Origin: an uncultured bacterium
Lineage (GTDB): Bacteria > Verrucomicrobiota > Kiritimatiellia > RFP12 > CAIWXQ01
Length of the DNA stretch: 64,000 bases
Reading direction: 5' to 3'
Assembly (NCBI GenBank): GCA_903861045.1
Contig: CAIOST010000353.1
Span: 4,097 to 68,096 of the forward strand
In this document: piece after piece, positions 63,623 to 64,000 of the stretch
How the letters are laid out: the number at the start of each line of letters is the position of its first letter
How positions within the stretch are numbered: position 1 is the first letter of the stretch
The notes under the pieces: generated by a model
Databases searched by the model: none
What the model was told of the DNA's origin: nothing
The model's input: the letters and a program-made list of their open reading frames with translations, nothing else
Program-made: the position numbers and the translations under genes

Positions 63623-64000
63623 ATGCCCCTCATACTCGGATTACCCAAAGGCAGCCTTCAGGAAGCCACCTTCAACATGATGAAGAAGGCGGGGTTCACG
63701 CTGCAAGTCGGCTCCCGATCCTACATCCCAAGCGTGGACGACCCGAACCTGCAGTGCCGCCTCATCCGGGCCCAGGAGATCAGTCGCTACGTGGAACTCG
63801 GCGTGCTGGATGCCGGCATCACCGGCTACGACTGGATCTACGAAAACAACTCCGACGTCGTGGAAGTGGCGGAACTGCTTTACGCCAAGCAGGGGCTGCG
63901 CCCCGTGCGTTGGGTCGTCGCCGTGCCGACCGATTCCCCGATTAAGACCGTGCAGGACCTGAACGGAAAGCGCATCGCCACCGAAGCCGTCGGCCTCACC
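63623..64000 (+). CDS. hisG: ATP phosphoribosyltransferase, 3'-partial (runs off the window end)
   Basis: The frame-2 ATG at 63623 (GGAGAAG SD) translates [25 protein letters not shown]...[28 protein letters not shown]..., typical of HisG. It is absent from the ORF track because no stop occurs within the window. Confidence 0.85.
   Translation, partial: MPLILGLPKGSLQEATFNMMKKAGFTLQVGSRSYIPSVDDPNLQCRLIRAQEISRYVELGVLDAGITGYDWIYENNSDVVEVAELLYAKQGLRPVRWVVAVPTDSPIKTVQDLNGKRIATEAVGLT

Noticed and set aside
63445-63945. 166-aa plus-strand ORF at the window end.
   Set aside because: It is in a different frame from an obvious hisG reading frame (ATG 63623, [17 protein letters not shown]...) that runs off the window. 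The listed ORF is Arg/Pro-rich and has no motifs.

Overview
This is a GC-rich chromosomal window from a diderm bacterium. The gene content and protein style suggest the PVC superphylum (Verrucomicrobiota or Kiritimatiellota-like), but that placement is inference only. All homology calls are pattern recognition by eye on the supplied translations; no searches were run. I can support about 50 protein genes, 4 tRNAs, several decayed gene fragments and a few non-coding repeats and regulatory motifs.

Layout:
- (1) 1-3.7 kb: a sugar-catabolic trio of class II aldolase, isomerase and FGGY kinase.
- (2) 3.7-5.3 kb: an eroded accessory remnant against the 3' end of tRNA-Leu. It holds a truncated, frameshifted RecG-like regulator and an HsdR C-terminal fragment.
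- (3) 5.4-19.0 kb: a long minus-strand housekeeping array. It runs ispE, tRNA-Gln, prs, ctc, pth, rpsF, ssb, rpsR, rplI, dnaB, bamA, skp, lpxD, cinA-like, an OppD-like ATPase and a tandem NDK-like gene.
- (4) 19.2-24.5 kb: tRNA-Ala, tsaB, a peptide-type substrate-binding protein and a GH2 beta-mannosidase-like gene.
- (5) 24.6-35.9 kb: a two-gene pair of a second SSB plus a Whirly-like protein. It is followed by a type IV pilus / T2SS-like module: pilin, sigma-54 response regulator, GspF-like, GspE-like, a stand-alone GspE-N-like protein, a GspB-like protein and a hybrid histidine kinase, with sigma-54-type promoter motifs.
- (6) 36-42.3 kb: a fused double alpha/beta hydrolase, glgP, an OppF-like ATPase, tRNA-Ser and a frameshifted HAD-like gene.
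- (7) 42.5-54.1 kb: the most unusual locus, described below.
- (8) 54.3-64 kb: cyclophilin, parE/parC-like topoisomerase, a TPR protein, argG, a radical SAM gene, a PduO-type adenosyltransferase and a 3'-partial hisG.

Top candidates for something undescribed:
- The locus at 42.5-54.1 kb looks like an operon. It encodes two giant secreted TPR proteins, an ExbB/ExbD proton-channel pair, and a TonB-position protein whose C-terminal domain looks like a prenyltransferase/terpene-cyclase alpha/alpha toroid rather than a TonB domain.
- The ssb2 plus Whirly-like pair at 24.6-25.7 kb sits next to the pilus module.

No CRISPR array, integrase, transposase or rRNA was seen.
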